From NCBI GenBank assembly GCA_963836235.1, contig CAWIIP010000004.1:832001-896000 (forward strand): a stretch of DNA of 64,000 nt, written 5' to 3'. The stretch is from an uncultured Pseudomonadota bacterium. GTDB lineage: Bacteria > Oederibacteriota > Muellerivitia > Muellerivitales > Muellerivitaceae. Below the pieces are notes generated by a model. The model was not told the origin of the DNA. It did no database searches and saw only the letters and a program-made list of their open reading frames with translations. Within the stretch, counting starts at the first letter, position 1; each line of letters begins with the position of its first letter. The position numbers and the translations under genes were made by a program. Shown here one piece after another: positions 9,932 to 21,600 of this stretch.

Positions 9932-12900
9932 TTGATTTTTGAAACCCCTTTTATTCAAGCTAAACGGTTTAATATGCCTTTTGCGCGCATCGGCGGGGTT
10001 TTACCAATAATTCTCTTTGTTATCTTAGGATGTTACTTTTTTGTTCCCCGAAATGCTGAATCTCAAACTATCACTGGGCTAAATATAACTGCCTTGCCCG
10101 CGAATCCTGTTCCCAGCTCGGTAGTAACCCTTACAGTGAGTTATTGCACGACAGATGCTTATAATCCAACAGCTATTCTCGTGGCTGTTAACGACAATGG
10201 AGTGGCGGGGTTCCAAAGCTGCTCTGCCGCTACGGCGGGTCAAAATTTTTTGGTTTACAACACCGGAACCGGCACTGTGGCTGGAAACGTGGCCAACGGC
10301 AACGCCGCAGCGGTGACCAACGGTTCGGAGGATGGTTACCTGATCAATCCACTTCCCACACCAGTAGGTGGCGGCTGTACGCCTGTTACAGAGACTTATT
10401 ACTACACGGTGCCAGCTTCTAGTTATGGGATTACTTATAACTTTTCCGTTCTTGCGAACGATGATAATTTTTATTGCGGAGGTTCCGGGGTTACGGCCAC
10501 AACGGCGATTAGTGTTTCGTCCGGTGGTGGACGTGTAGGTTCGGCCACCAAAACGGTGAACGGTTCGATCGCCAATGGGGCCAGCGCGGCACCTGGCGAC
10601 TTGATCCTCTTCAGCATCAACTATGATTTTTATAATACCAATACAGTTAATGGCATCAGTGACGCGATACCACCGGGAACCACCCTGGTTTCCGAGGGGC
10701 CACCGGGATATGTCAGCAGTACGGCGGGGCCTGTAAGCTGGACGATTCCCGCATCGGCCTCCAATAAAACCGGGACGGTTTGGATGTTGGTATCAGTGAA
10801 CGCAGGTACGACCGGCACCATTAACAATACAGCCACTTTGACCGGAAGTTTTGGAACTACGACGACGAATACGGCACAGGCTACCGTCAACGGGGGCGGA
10901 TTCCAACTGGTTAAGAGCCAGTCCTCGGCGGTCTTGGCGCCAGGGCAGGATGAAACCTATACGTTGAGCTATAACATCAACGGGGAAAGCCTTCAGTATT
11001 ACGATTCTTATGACAATGATGGCGTGGGCACTTCAGGAGCTGGCATCAAGGACATGAGTAGCAACCCCTACACCCTGATACCGAGCAACGGGGACAGCGG
11101 GAGCATTACGATCGCCCAGGGCCCTGACGGGAACAACTATATTGCCACTACCGTTGCCTACAGCTCCTCGAGCGGGAATTACCCCGTTTTGCTTCGAAAC
11201 GGAGGTGTGAGCATGTGTAATGGCAGTACCTTCACCGTTGAAGGGGATCTGGAAATCCCGGCGGGTGCTCCGGGAGCAACGGGATCAAGCGCGGGGGGGG
11301 ATGCGACCATGGTGATTGCCTACCAGGTTGACGCTGGAGTCACCTATGCCCTGATGGGAATATTGTCCCTCGATACAGCCCCCGCCAATGGATACATTGG
11401 GGTACAGGTGGGTAACGCTGGCACCAACAGCTGGCCTTGTGGAAACGAAACCATGCCAGCTCCCGAAGCGGGGGTATGGTACACAATGGAAGCCACGGTC
11501 ACGGATGTTGGAAACACCCAGACGGTGACAATTCAGCTTTGGCAAAAAGGAAATATCGCGGCTGGGGTTTGGACCACCAGTTGCACAACGTCATTGCCTT
11601 GCGCTGGTGGGCTTTGGCAACAAGGCTGGCAGGTGGACGCCACGGCGGGCCAGGATAATTACGGCAACTTGATGCTTTTTACCGACGATGCGGTGGTGGA
11701 TACCAAATTAACGGATGCCGTACCAACGGGGATGACTTTTGTGGGTTGTAGCACTGCCAATGCCGGAGTGGCGGGTATTGCCTGCCCTGGCTCAGGTCCG
11801 AACTTGACTTGGAATTTCCCAGCGACGGTTTACAACCTGTCGGGGGCCATTACCTGGTGGGGTTCGGTGAGTTGCGGGGCGGCGGCTTCGGTGACTTACA
11901 TCAATTCGGCGGCCATTACGGCTAATGGGGACGCCGCGGTTACGTCCAACGCGGTGACAGCCGTGTTAAAATGCAGCACGCCAACGCCAACGCCCACGAA
12001 TACCATCACCAATACCCCAACCAATACTCCCACACCAACCATTACCAATACCTTTACCAATACCCCCACAAAAACCCCCACATTTACTCCAACCAATACT
12101 CCCACCATTACTCCTACTTATACTCCAACCCTTACTCCAACCAATACCCCAACTAAAACACCAACCAATAGCCCCACCAATACCCCAACCTTGACGCCTA
12201 CTTTTACGCCCACAAATACCCCGACGAAGACAAACACCGCTACGCCGACCAATAGTCCAACCAATACACTGACGCCTACCCCCAGTAACACTTATACCAA
12301 CACCCCCACGAAGACGAATACGGCCACGCCGACCAATACACCTACCAATACCTCAACCCCCACTCCCAGTAATACCTTCACTTATACCCCGACGAAAACC
12401 GTGACCAACACCGCGACCAATACGCCGACTCCCACGAACACGCTCACTCCGACCAACAGCCCTACCTTTACTCCAACTTTTACACCCACCAACACTCCGA
12501 TTAATACTTATACCCCAACCAATACACCTACCCTTACTCCGACCCGAACCCCCACTAACACTCCAACTCTCACGGACACGCTTACTCCAACCAACAGCCC
12601 TACCTATACTCCGACGCTTACTCCAAGCAATACCCTCACCAATACGCCGACGAAGACCCCGACTTTTTCCCCCACGAATACGCCAACCAATACCGCTACT
12701 CCAACGATTACGCCCACTCCCACTAATACGGATGTAATCACACCTACAGCCACTTATACACCTACGAATACGACTACTCCGACACCAACCTTCACGCCGA
12801 CAAATACGGCCACTAATACCGCCACACTGACTCCTACGAACACGCCTATTAATACCTTCACCCCAACCAATACTCCAACCGATACCCCGACCGCTACCCC

Positions 12901-14566
12901 TACTAACACACCTATTAATACCTTTACGCCAACCAACACTCCTACCGATACCCCGACGGCGACTCAAACTAATACATTAACTAACACAGCGACCGAGACT
13001 CCCACCAATACACCCATTAATACCTTTACGCCTACCGATACGCCCACGAATACCAACTCATTTACCCCTACCAACACCCCGACTAACACGGCGACGGCAA
13101 CCCCAACGAGCAGCCCGACGAACACCGTCACAAATACCGCCACCTTTACCGCCACTTCGACACCCACGAATACGGCTACGAATACGGCGACCAATAGCCC
13201 GACGAATACCGCGACCGTTACTCCCACCACGACACCGACCAACACGCCACTACCCGCGGCGGTGAGTATCACCAAACAGGCTTCCGAATCGAGCGCAAAG
13301 TCGGGGGATGTCATCACTTATACGCTTTCTATCCAGGTGACGGGTAACAACGTGAATAATGTCGCGGTTACCGATGTGCTGCCACCCAACGAGACCTTCC
13401 AATCGTTCCTTTCCAGCCCGGCGGGAACAACCGCCGGCTCGACCGTGATCACGGGTTCCAGCGGACCCGCCACCCAATTGACGTGGGATCTTCCGAACAG
13501 CCTGACGGTGGGAAGCTATCAAATAAGCTATACGGCCCAGGTGAATAATTTCCTCAAGGGTGGGACGACACTGAACAATTGCGCCCAATTGAGCTATACG
13601 GGCGGAGCGCCCGTATCCAGCTGCGTGAGCATTCCGGTTTCAGGCCAGTTCACCGTAAAGATCGGGGTTTACAACGAGGCCGGTGAAATCGTGATGGAAT
13701 TCCCGGTGGCCCAGTACTCCCAGCCGATTTTGAACGTGACTTTGCAGGCCAGCAATGTGATTACGACTCTCACCGGACCCGGAAGCACGATTAATATTTA
13801 CTACGAGGGCTATTTGCTGGGGACTTGGAATGGAACGACCAGCAGCGGGACCTTGGCGACGAACGGGAGCTATTACATCAAGATCGACAACATCGACGCC
13901 AATGGAGTGGACGAGTCGACGACAGTGCCGGCGGTGGTCAGCCGGTCGCTTTATACGACGACAGTACTGATTTATAACGAGGCGGGGGAGGTCGTGCGCC
14001 ACCTTTACGCTTACACGGACAACCCGGGCGGATCGATTGTGACGAGCGCGCAATTATCCACGAACGTGATCGAGCCCAGCAATGGCGTGCCGGGAGCGGG
14101 GACGCCGTCACAGGTAACGATCATCTTGAGCAATGGAACAACGGTGGTATGGGACGGGAAGAGCGACACCGGAACCGTTGTCCAAAACGGCCAGTATTTC
14201 GTGGAGATCAGCTCGGTGGACGGACATGGCGGGGATACGGTTATTGAGCAGCGGATATCGGTCATCGATGGAAACGCGAACAATGGGATGGGGTCGGTAT
14301 TGGCGAAGCCGAATGTATTGGACAGCGCGAACAGCTTTTCCACCGTCTTCGAGGACACGACGAGCGAAAACCTCACGCTATCGGTACGCATTTACACGAT
14401 CGCGGGAGAATTGGTGACGGTGGTGAACGGAGCGGCGGGGACCAACATCGCGCCCTGGAACGCTACCGGGTTGGCCAGCGGCCTCTACATCGCGGTCGTC
14501 GAATCCTTAAATTCAACCGGCGGGATTGCCGATCAAAAAGTGTTAAAGCTTATCGTCGTTCACTAA
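9932..14566 (+). CDS. Large secreted/surface protein: DUF11-like domains, Thr/Pro/Asn stalk, tandem FlgD-Ig-like C-terminal domains
   Basis: Signal peptide; DUF11-like units ([10 protein letters not shown]...ISDAIPPG; [10 protein letters not shown]...VTDVLPP); TPTN repeats; repeated YNEAGE(I/V)V...W(N/D)G...NGxY; end YTIAGELV...ASGLYI...KLIVVH. Start could be ATG 9974. Confidence 0.75.
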   Translation: MIFETPFIQAKRFNMPFARIGGVLPIILFVILGCYFFVPRNAESQTITGLNITALPANPVPSSVVTLTVSYCTTDAYNPTAILVAVNDNGVAGFQSCSAATAGQNFLVYNTGTGTVAGNVANGNAAAVTNGSEDGYLINPLPTPVGGGCTPVTETYYYTVPASSYGITYNFSVLANDDNFYCGGSGVTATTAISVSSGGGRVGSATKTVNGSIANGASAAPGDLILFSINYDFYNTNTVNGISDAIPPGTTLVSEGPPGYVSSTAGPVSWTIPASASNKTGTVWMLVSVNAGTTGTINNTATLTGSFGTTTTNTAQATVNGGGFQLVKSQSSAVLAPGQDETYTLSYNINGESLQYYDSYDNDGVGTSGAGIKDMSSNPYTLIPSNGDSGSITIAQGPDGNNYIATTVAYSSSSGNYPVLLRNGGVSMCNGSTFTVEGDLEIPAGAPGATGSSAGGDATMVIAYQVDAGVTYALMGILSLDTAPANGYIGVQVGNAGTNSWPCGNETMPAPEAGVWYTMEATVTDVGNTQTVTIQLWQKGNIAAGVWTTSCTTSLPCAGGLWQQGWQVDATAGQDNYGNLMLFTDDAVVDTKLTDAVPTGMTFVGCSTANAGVAGIACPGSGPNLTWNFPATVYNLSGAITWWGSVSCGAAASVTYINSAAITANGDAAVTSNAVTAVLKCSTPTPTPTNTITNTPTNTPTPTITNTFTNTPTKTPTFTPTNTPTITPTYTPTLTPTNTPTKTPTNSPTNTPTLTPTFTPTNTPTKTNTATPTNSPTNTLTPTPSNTYTNTPTKTNTATPTNTPTNTSTPTPSNTFTYTPTKTVTNTATNTPTPTNTLTPTNSPTFTPTFTPTNTPINTYTPTNTPTLTPTRTPTNTPTLTDTLTPTNSPTYTPTLTPSNTLTNTPTKTPTFSPTNTPTNTATPTITPTPTNTDVITPTATYTPTNTTTPTPTFTPTNTATNTATLTPTNTPINTFTPTNTPTDTPTATPTNTPINTFTPTNTPTDTPTATQTNTLTNTATETPTNTPINTFTPTDTPTNTNSFTPTNTPTNTATATPTSSPTNTVTNTATFTATSTPTNTATNTATNSPTNTATVTPTTTPTNTPLPAAVSITKQASESSAKSGDVITYTLSIQVTGNNVNNVAVTDVLPPNETFQSFLSSPAGTTAGSTVITGSSGPATQLTWDLPNSLTVGSYQISYTAQVNNFLKGGTTLNNCAQLSYTGGAPVSSCVSIPVSGQFTVKIGVYNEAGEIVMEFPVAQYSQPILNVTLQASNVITTLTGPGSTINIYYEGYLLGTWNGTTSSGTLATNGSYYIKIDNIDANGVDESTTVPAVVSRSLYTTTVLIYNEAGEVVRHLYAYTDNPGGSIVTSAQLSTNVIEPSNGVPGAGTPSQVTIILSNGTTVVWDGKSDTGTVVQNGQYFVEISSVDGHGGDTVIEQRISVIDGNANNGMGSVLAKPNVLDSANSFSTVFEDTTSENLTLSVRIYTIAGELVTVVNGAAGTNIAPWNATGLASGLYIAVVESLNSTGGIADQKVLKLIVVH
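11975..13250 (+). repeat. TPTN/TPTF-type low-complexity coding repeats
   Basis: About 420 codons of T/P/N repeats in the 9932 ORF. Confidence 0.85.
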
Positions 14567-14739
14567 GGCGGAAAATCCTAAAGCCTTCGTTCACGCGTTT
14601 TTCCTTTTAAACCAACTTTATCTTAGTCAAATGATGGAATATTTCCTTTTTGTCCGTCACCCTCCAGGCGGTATGATGAATATGGTTTCCGGTTTAACTG
14701 AAGGGGAGCTCCATTTCTTATCCAAACCAGGAGGTTTTG

Positions 14740-15210
14740 ATGACCATCCAAAAAAACGCGAAAGTTTCCAATTTCTTGAAAGAGGTCGATCTTTTCGAGG
14801 GAATGGACAATAAAGTCCACAACCAAATTTTTAAACTGGGATTGGTTCAAAACTTTCGCAAAGGGGATGTCATCATCCGCGAGGGCCAGCCGGGCGGGAA
14901 CCTTCATATTCTCATCAACGGCAAAGCGGAAGTGGTGAAGGCGGTTAAGGGAAAAGCCAAAGGGAAATTATTGGCCCGGCTTCAAAAGGGCTCGGTCTTT
15001 GGTGAAATGAGCGTATTTGACGGGGCGCCCTATTCGGCTTCCGTGCGAGCCCTGGAGGATTGCGACCTCTATATCATCCGCGGCTCTGATTTCGAGGATT
15101 TCCTCCAGCAAACCCCCCAAGCGGCTTATGGCATTTTCCGCACGCTCATTTGTTCCATCTCCAATCGTTTGCGCCGCACCAATCTGGCCCTCTCGGCCAT
15201 GGCCAAGTAA
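14740..15210 (+). CDS. Stand-alone cyclic nucleotide-binding domain protein
   Basis: AGGAGG RBS; IIREGQPGGNLHILINGKAEV...GSVFGEMSVFDGAPYSASVRALEDC; no HTH. Confidence 0.88.
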   Translation: MTIQKNAKVSNFLKEVDLFEGMDNKVHNQIFKLGLVQNFRKGDVIIREGQPGGNLHILINGKAEVVKAVKGKAKGKLLARLQKGSVFGEMSVFDGAPYSASVRALEDCDLYIIRGSDFEDFLQQTPQAAYGIFRTLICSISNRLRRTNLALSAMAK

Positions 15211-15214
15211 CCCT

Positions 15215-15733
15215 ATGGACATGGTTAAAAGCAATATCGGGGATTTGACCATCCGCAAGGCCGACGTCCAGGATAAACCCACCGTTATCCACATTAAACA
15301 AGAAGCCGCCCGTTGGTTGGAGAATAAGGGCATTCACCAGTGGGCCGGGATCCTTATGGCACCGGGTGAGGATATGGTCCACAAGCGTTTTCCCGAGGGT
15401 GAGTTTTATCTGGCCTATAAAGGCGAGGAACCGATTGGAACGGTCACCCTTCTTTGGGAAGACACGGTGAGTTGGGGCGAGAAGGGAAAGGATGGGAAGG
15501 CCGGGTACATCCATGGTATCGCTGTTTTGCGCCAATACGCGGGTAAGGCCGTGGGCAAGGTTCTCTTGGATTGGGCCATGGGGAAGATTAGGCAAAAAGG
15601 GAAGATCGTGCGATTGGACTGCATGGCCGAAAACCCGCGCATCAATCAGTACTACATCGACCTTGATTTTACTTCCGTAGGAACGGCGACCCTCCCCAGC
15701 GGGTTCAAGATTAGCTTGTACGAAAAAAGTTGA
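15215..15733 (+). CDS. GNAT family N-acetyltransferase
   Basis: YIHGIAVLRQYAGKAVGKVLL acetyl-CoA motif, VRLDC...NPRINQYY; start taken at ATG 15215/15221 just after the upstream stop. Confidence 0.88.
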   Translation: MDMVKSNIGDLTIRKADVQDKPTVIHIKQEAARWLENKGIHQWAGILMAPGEDMVHKRFPEGEFYLAYKGEEPIGTVTLLWEDTVSWGEKGKDGKAGYIHGIAVLRQYAGKAVGKVLLDWAMGKIRQKGKIVRLDCMAENPRINQYYIDLDFTSVGTATLPSGFKISLYEKS

Positions 15734-15791
15734 TCTAAATAAAAAAGCCCCGAAGGTTTTCGCCTCGGAGGCTTTTGGGTTTCGAAAAGAC
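15734..15791. terminator. Bidirectional intrinsic terminator, copy 1 of a 58-bp direct repeat
   Basis: AAAAAAGCCCCGAAGG-TTTTCG-CCTCGGAGGCTTTT between convergent GNAT and csp genes. Confidence 0.7.
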
Positions 15792-15908
15792 TTTGTGGAC
15801 GGGTTGTTGAAAAATCTCCTGAAGGATCCTTTTTCTTATCTTTGTCGCGAACCAACCCTTCGGGTTTACCGGTCCGCTCCTAACCCCTGGCCGTCGATAA
15901 AGGTCTAG

Positions 15909-15966
15909 TCTAAATAAAAAAGCCCCGAAGGTTTTCACCTTCGAGGCTTTTGGGTTTCGAAAAGAC
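15909..15966. terminator. Bidirectional intrinsic terminator, copy 2 of a 58-bp direct repeat
   Basis: AAAAAAGCCCCGAAGGT-TTTC-ACCTTCGAGGCTTTT; 55/58 identical to copy 1. Confidence 0.75.
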
Positions 15967-15971
15967 CTTTA

Positions 15972-16172
15972 TTAGATCTTGACGACGTTTTCGGCCTTGA
16001 GGCCTTTTTCCCCGCGGGTGACCTCGAATTCAACGCGGTCCCCCTCGTTCAGCGATTTGTATCCCTCGCCTTGAATTGACGAATGGTGCACGAATACATC
16101 CTCACCACCATCTTGGGAGATAAAACCAAAACCCTTCTCGTTCTTAAACCACTTCACAGTTCCTTGAGCCAT
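15972..16172 (-). CDS. cspA: Cold-shock protein (CspA family)
   Basis: [18 protein letters not shown]...DVFVHHS (RNP1/RNP2), 66 aa. Confidence 0.95.
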   Translation of the reverse strand: MAQGTVKWFKNEKGFGFISQDGGEDVFVHHSSIQGEGYKSLNEGDRVEFEVTRGEKGLKAENVVKI

Positions 16173-16568
16173 TTGCGTAAAACCTCTACTTTTTTCTAAA
16201 AATTTAACTACTTCTTCCAAGCTGTTTTAGCCCCGAAAGATGCTTATATCTTACATGGAAAGGCAAAAATAGGTAGAAAATCGGATTTAAATTAAAGAAA
16301 GTTCCCAATTGGTTTAATGGGCTAAAGCGCCTTTATTGGGGGAAGTTAGCGTCTTCGGAGAATCATTTCCCCACTTTGCGCTAAGAGCACAAGGTTGTTC
16401 TCATCTTGCTTTGAAAGGGTGAAAAACATGAAAAAGAGAGGGTAAGCCTTTTGGAGCTGTGCTCGGCCTTTTTGTAAGCTTTAAAAGAAGGTTCATTCAG
16501 GCGTATTTTGCGGGAAAATGTGTTTTAAAATGGGGTTAAAAATTATAATCGGATTCAAGGGTGGCCGA

Positions 16569-18518
16569 ATGACCAGAAAAACGCGGCAAGTTGTTATCGT
16601 TTTGAGTTTGCTGGGGGTTCTGTCACCGTCCTGGGCGAAACCGGCCCATTTCGTTGTCGGCTATTCCGCCGCGTGGTTTGACGGCGTTTATCCGCCGGAA
16701 AGTTACAATTACGGCGCCTTTACCCACATTCTCCGGGCCTTCCTGGTCCCGAAGGCGGACGGAAGCATCGGTGCCCAGGGCGGTTACTGGGACCCGGACT
16801 TGGAACGGCTGGCCCATGCCCATGGGGTGAAGTTATTGGCGTCCCTCGGCGGAGCGGCCCCCACTGCGGACAACTGGCTGGCCATGGCCCGCGATTCTAA
16901 AGCCGAAAAAACATTCTTCGATAACCTCGAAAAATTGATTACCGACCACCATTACGATGGCGTGGATATTGATTGGGAACCTTCGGCCTTGACGGACGCG
17001 GACCAATCGACTTTTACCGACTTCATGAAAGCCCTGCGGGCCCGTTTCCCCAACTGGATCATCAGCGCGGCCCTGGGCGCGAGTGATTATTTCGGCAAGC
17101 ACATCTCCTGGGCCGAAGTCACCCAACAGGTGGATTGGATCAACTGGATGACCTATGACTTCGCGGGCAAATGGAGCGAGCATTCGGTTCATGACGCCAA
17201 TCTTTACGCGCCTAAAGACTCGAAAGTGGACAGCAAGGTCAGTATCGATCAAACCCTGACCCGGTTTGAAACCCAGTATCACCTGGCCCCCGATAAGCTG
17301 GTTTTGGGCCTGCCTTTTTACGGCATTCAATTTTTCACTTCCCATATGGGCGATCCCTTTTCCGGTGATACCTACTCACAAGGCTCGGAGGTTCAGTTTT
17401 ACGAAATCGCGCCGCTGATCGCCGACAAGGGGGAATACAAAGTTTTCTGGGATGAGGGAGCGAAGGCGCCTTACTTGGAGAAGATCGGCGGCGGGCTTGT
17501 GATTTCTCATGATGATCCAAAGTCCATCGCCCTTAAGTGCGATTACGCGGTCCAGAAGGGACTTCAGGGTGTCATGATTTGGAACATGGGGGCGGACCTG
17601 GTGGGGGAACATACCCCCCTTTTGGACGCAATCGCCGGCGCCTATGGATATCCCATGTCCGAGATGCCAACAAGTGGACTGGCCAAATCCATTCAAAACC
17701 TGGGATTCATGGCGCAGGACTCCTATGGGAAGTTACAGGCGGCCCGGGGCAAATTGACGGCCGCCGGTAAAACGGATGACGCTAAAAATACGGATCCTGG
17801 GCCCCTACCGGATGTCACGGTTCCAACAGGCGTGGACGTTAAAACCCTCGGGAAAAAACTTTGGGATATTCAGTACGCCTTGAGCGCGATTGACCGGAAA
17901 TTACAAAGTGCCCGGGCGGTTCTGGATTTATTGCCGGTTAAAGAAGTCATCGGTCAAAAAGTTGAGTCCCCAGGCGATAAGCTTTTGATTGATGATTTTG
18001 AGAAGGGAGGCGGCGCTAACGCTTTGGGCGGAAGCTGGTCCGCAGATTGCGATCAGAATCATTTGGGCACGGTATTAAATCCGCTCCCTTTCACGCCGAC
18101 CGCCGGGGGAGTCCCGGGATCAGAAAAATACGCGGCCCATATCTCCGGCCACTTGGGAAGGAGTGTCGCCCCCTGGCCCTACGCGGAACTCACCGGCTCC
18201 TTGAACACCTCCGGAACGGCGGCGGACTTGAGCGACTTCAAAGCCATCGAGTTTTGGGCCAAGGGCGATGGGAAATTTTATTCGCTCGTATTGGCCCGGG
18301 CGGCGGTGGAGGACTATGGTAACTATCGATTGGATTTCAAAGGCGCGCCGGAATGGACCAAGGTGGTTTTAAACTTCACCGACTTTAAGCAACCCAACTG
18401 GGCAAGGCAAGTTCCCTACAAATTAAGCGACGTGCTTTTCCTGGCATTCGAACCCAACGCTGATTTCAGCGATGAGGATTTCGATTTATGGCTTGATGAC
18501 ATCACCCTCGTGAAATAG
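16569..18518 (+). CDS. Secreted glycoside hydrolase family 18 (chitinase-like) with C-terminal CBM11/CIA30-like domain
   Basis: Signal peptide; SLGG, YDGVDIDWE (DxxDxDxE), MTYDF, GLPFYG, GVMIW; C-terminal LIDDFE...DLSDFKAIEFWAKGDG...WLDDI. Confidence 0.9.
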   Translation: MTRKTRQVVIVLSLLGVLSPSWAKPAHFVVGYSAAWFDGVYPPESYNYGAFTHILRAFLVPKADGSIGAQGGYWDPDLERLAHAHGVKLLASLGGAAPTADNWLAMARDSKAEKTFFDNLEKLITDHHYDGVDIDWEPSALTDADQSTFTDFMKALRARFPNWIISAALGASDYFGKHISWAEVTQQVDWINWMTYDFAGKWSEHSVHDANLYAPKDSKVDSKVSIDQTLTRFETQYHLAPDKLVLGLPFYGIQFFTSHMGDPFSGDTYSQGSEVQFYEIAPLIADKGEYKVFWDEGAKAPYLEKIGGGLVISHDDPKSIALKCDYAVQKGLQGVMIWNMGADLVGEHTPLLDAIAGAYGYPMSEMPTSGLAKSIQNLGFMAQDSYGKLQAARGKLTAAGKTDDAKNTDPGPLPDVTVPTGVDVKTLGKKLWDIQYALSAIDRKLQSARAVLDLLPVKEVIGQKVESPGDKLLIDDFEKGGGANALGGSWSADCDQNHLGTVLNPLPFTPTAGGVPGSEKYAAHISGHLGRSVAPWPYAELTGSLNTSGTAADLSDFKAIEFWAKGDGKFYSLVLARAAVEDYGNYRLDFKGAPEWTKVVLNFTDFKQPNWARQVPYKLSDVLFLAFEPNADFSDEDFDLWLDDITLVK

Positions 18519-18633
18519 CTTGGGCTGATGAGCTGAAAGTCGCACGTGAAACTTTCGCGTCTCGATCTGGAACAATAAAAAAGCGGCGTGAATTCAATCA
18601 ATCGTCATTGACCCCCTCATTTTGTGATACATT

Positions 18634-21600
18634 TTGAACCAGTTAACCACCGTTCCACCGATTGGAATTTTTGAATTGACCTTAAATCGATATAAAAAGA
18701 TATTTCCACGGCATTTCATAAAACAGGTTTATCTTTTTTTCATTTTGTTTATGTTTTCGGTTGTCCCTTCCGTTTTCGCTTCCACTTATATCCCCTCACA
18801 GGCTTGGAGCCGGGACATCGATGCCGGGGGTTATACGGATGGTGCCCCGGTTGGTGGTTTTGGCGCCGGAAGCTATACTTGGAATTTCGCGGGGGATTTT
18901 TACCTGAGCCGCCTCAACATCGCCACCGCTCCCACCACCTGGACCAACAACAATCCCTATACGGTTGACGGCAATTGCGGTTTTTATATGTACCAAAAAC
19001 CCCTGGGCCAAGCCGCCGTTACCTACCGCCTGGATGCCGCCGCGTTGGGTACGGGTCAGGCCAACTATTACTCCCTCTTCCCGAAAGCCTGGGTGGATTA
19101 TTACGGTTCGGATTTTGCCTGTAAGGCCCGGGTGACGCAATTTACGCCTCTCATCCCCGGGGATTACACCCGAAGCAGTTATCCCGAGGGCATCTATGAG
19201 TGGGATCTTTCCAATCCCACTTGCACCACGACGGATGTGGCCATCATGCTGACCTGGGACAATAGTTTTGGGGGCACCACCGCGGCGGTCACCACCTCCG
19301 GGAGTGACACGGGACTGGTTTTAACCCGGACCAGCGGGAGCGCCACCAGCAAGTCCCAGGGTGAGTTCACCCTGGCTTGTTCCTCCGGCTCCGGGGTGAC
19401 GGTCACCTACCAATCCGCCACGGGCGTCGCCGCCCTTCAAACTTCTTTTGGGGCAGCCGGGACCTTGAATAATACCGTGGGGAACAACACCATCGGCGGT
19501 ATCGCTTTTAAAGTGACCCTCGCCCCCGGAAAATCGGTGAAAATTCCCATCGTGTTGGCTTGGGACATTCCCCTGGCCCAACCGGGGACCGGCGCCCAAT
19601 GGTACCGGGAGTACACCCGAACCTACGGAAAGACGGGGCTCAACTCTTTTTCCATCGCCAATGAGGCTTTGTCCAATTACGCCACATGGGAATCGTCCAT
19701 CGATAGTTGGCAAGTGGGAATACTCGGAGGGCCATACCCGGATTGGTTCAAACAAATGCTTTTCAACGAGCTTTATTATTACGTCATTGGTGGAACGCTT
19801 TGGGAGGCGGGGCAGTATGGCTCCACCCAATTTGACGCCGGGCCCGACATGTTCAGCAGCCTTGAATCCTATGTTTATACCTTTTACGGAACCTCGGACG
19901 TGCGTTTTTATAGTTCCTGGGCACTGGCTGAAAATTGGCCCAATATCGACAAACAGGAAGTCGAACAGTTTTGTGACAGCGTGACGATTAATAGCTCTCA
20001 AACTCTTCCCAGGCCGGTGGCTATTGGCACCTGCGCGCATGATTTCGGGAGTTTGAACGATGTCTTCACCGCGTGGAACGACTACACCTACCGGGATTCC
20101 ACCACTTGGAAAGACTTGAATTCCAAATTGGTTCTCATGGTTTACCGGGATTGGCAATTGACGGGACAAAGCGATAGCACCTTCCTCAATTATTGTTGGC
20201 CCGCCATTCAAGTAGCCATGGCCAAAGTGCACAGCCAATGCGTCTCGGGTGGCGTCACCTATAACCTGCCCATCTCGAACGGCATCGACCAAACCTACGA
20301 CAACCTGGGCCTTACCGGGGAGACCTCCTATTGCGGAAGCCTTTACCTGGCCGCCTGCGAGGCCGCCCAAGCCATCGCCACGACCGAGGGGAACGGCGTC
20401 TTGGCCACGACCTATCAATCCTGGTTGACCCTGGGGCAGTCCGACTTCGAGGGAAATCTTTGGAATACGACAGGGAATTATTACAACATTGATACCGGAA
20501 GCGGGGCGGGCGGTGTCACGGGCGTGGCCCGCATCATGAGCGACCAGCTTTGCGGACAATGGTACGCCAAGGCCTGCGGCCTGGCGGACGTGGTTCCTGC
20601 GACCCACGCGGTAAGCGCCTGGCAGGCGGTTCACGACAACAACTGGGCCAAGTTCGACGCGGGGGCCCATGGGGAAGTGAACGTGATGACCTCGGCCGGC
20701 AATATCGACACCAGCACTTCCCAAACTCAGGAAGCCTGGGTGGGAACAACTTGGGGCGCGGTGGCGGGAATGATCCAAGAGGGAATGTTCACCCAGGCGG
20801 TCTCCATCGGCAACAGCCTCTATAACAGCGTTTGGAACTTGGGGCAGATGTGGTATCGAACGCCGGAGGCTTGGACCACGGGCCTTACCAATATCCGCGC
20901 GCCTTATTACATGAGGGCCAACGCCATTTGGGGCGCCAAGCACGCTTATGACGTCACCTCTCCCTGCGGAAGCGCCAGTTGTACGCCCATCCCCACCTTT
21001 ACGCCCGTCCCGACGGCGACCTTAAATTGTCCCACGACCGCCACCCCTACACCCACCGCCACCGGCACAGCTACCTTAACTCCGTCTAAAACAGCCAGCC
21101 CCAGCCCCAGTTCGACGATCACTTTTTCCCCCACTTCCAGCGTGACCAAAACACTCACTTCCACCCCCACTTCAAGTCTCACCGGCACCCCAACTTGGAC
21201 TTCCACCCTCACCAGCACGAAAACCGCGAGCGCCAGCCCAACGCAAACCATCTCCCAGACCGCCAGTTCCTCGGCTACCTCTAGCGCCACCTATACCGCC
21301 ACCAACTCCCGGACATCCACTCCCATCTCCAGCTCGACCGCCTCCTGGACCTCCACACCCACATTCTCCTCCACGGCCACACCCACCAGCACGACCACCC
21401 AAACCCTCACCCGCACTCCAACCGCCACTATGACTTCAACCACTAGTTATACCGTTAGTCCTACCTTTTCGATGACGGCTTCCTTGACGCCCAGTGAAAC
21501 CGTAACCTCGACCGCCACAAGCTCCCGGACATCCACCCCTTCCTTAACACCCACTCCGTCCACAACGGCCACCCCAACCGGCACTGTCACCAGCACGCTC

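Noticed and set aside
15792-15800. TTTGTGGAC after the GNAT gene as another half-site
   Set aside because: Only a 6-bp match without core or partner arm; expected by chance.
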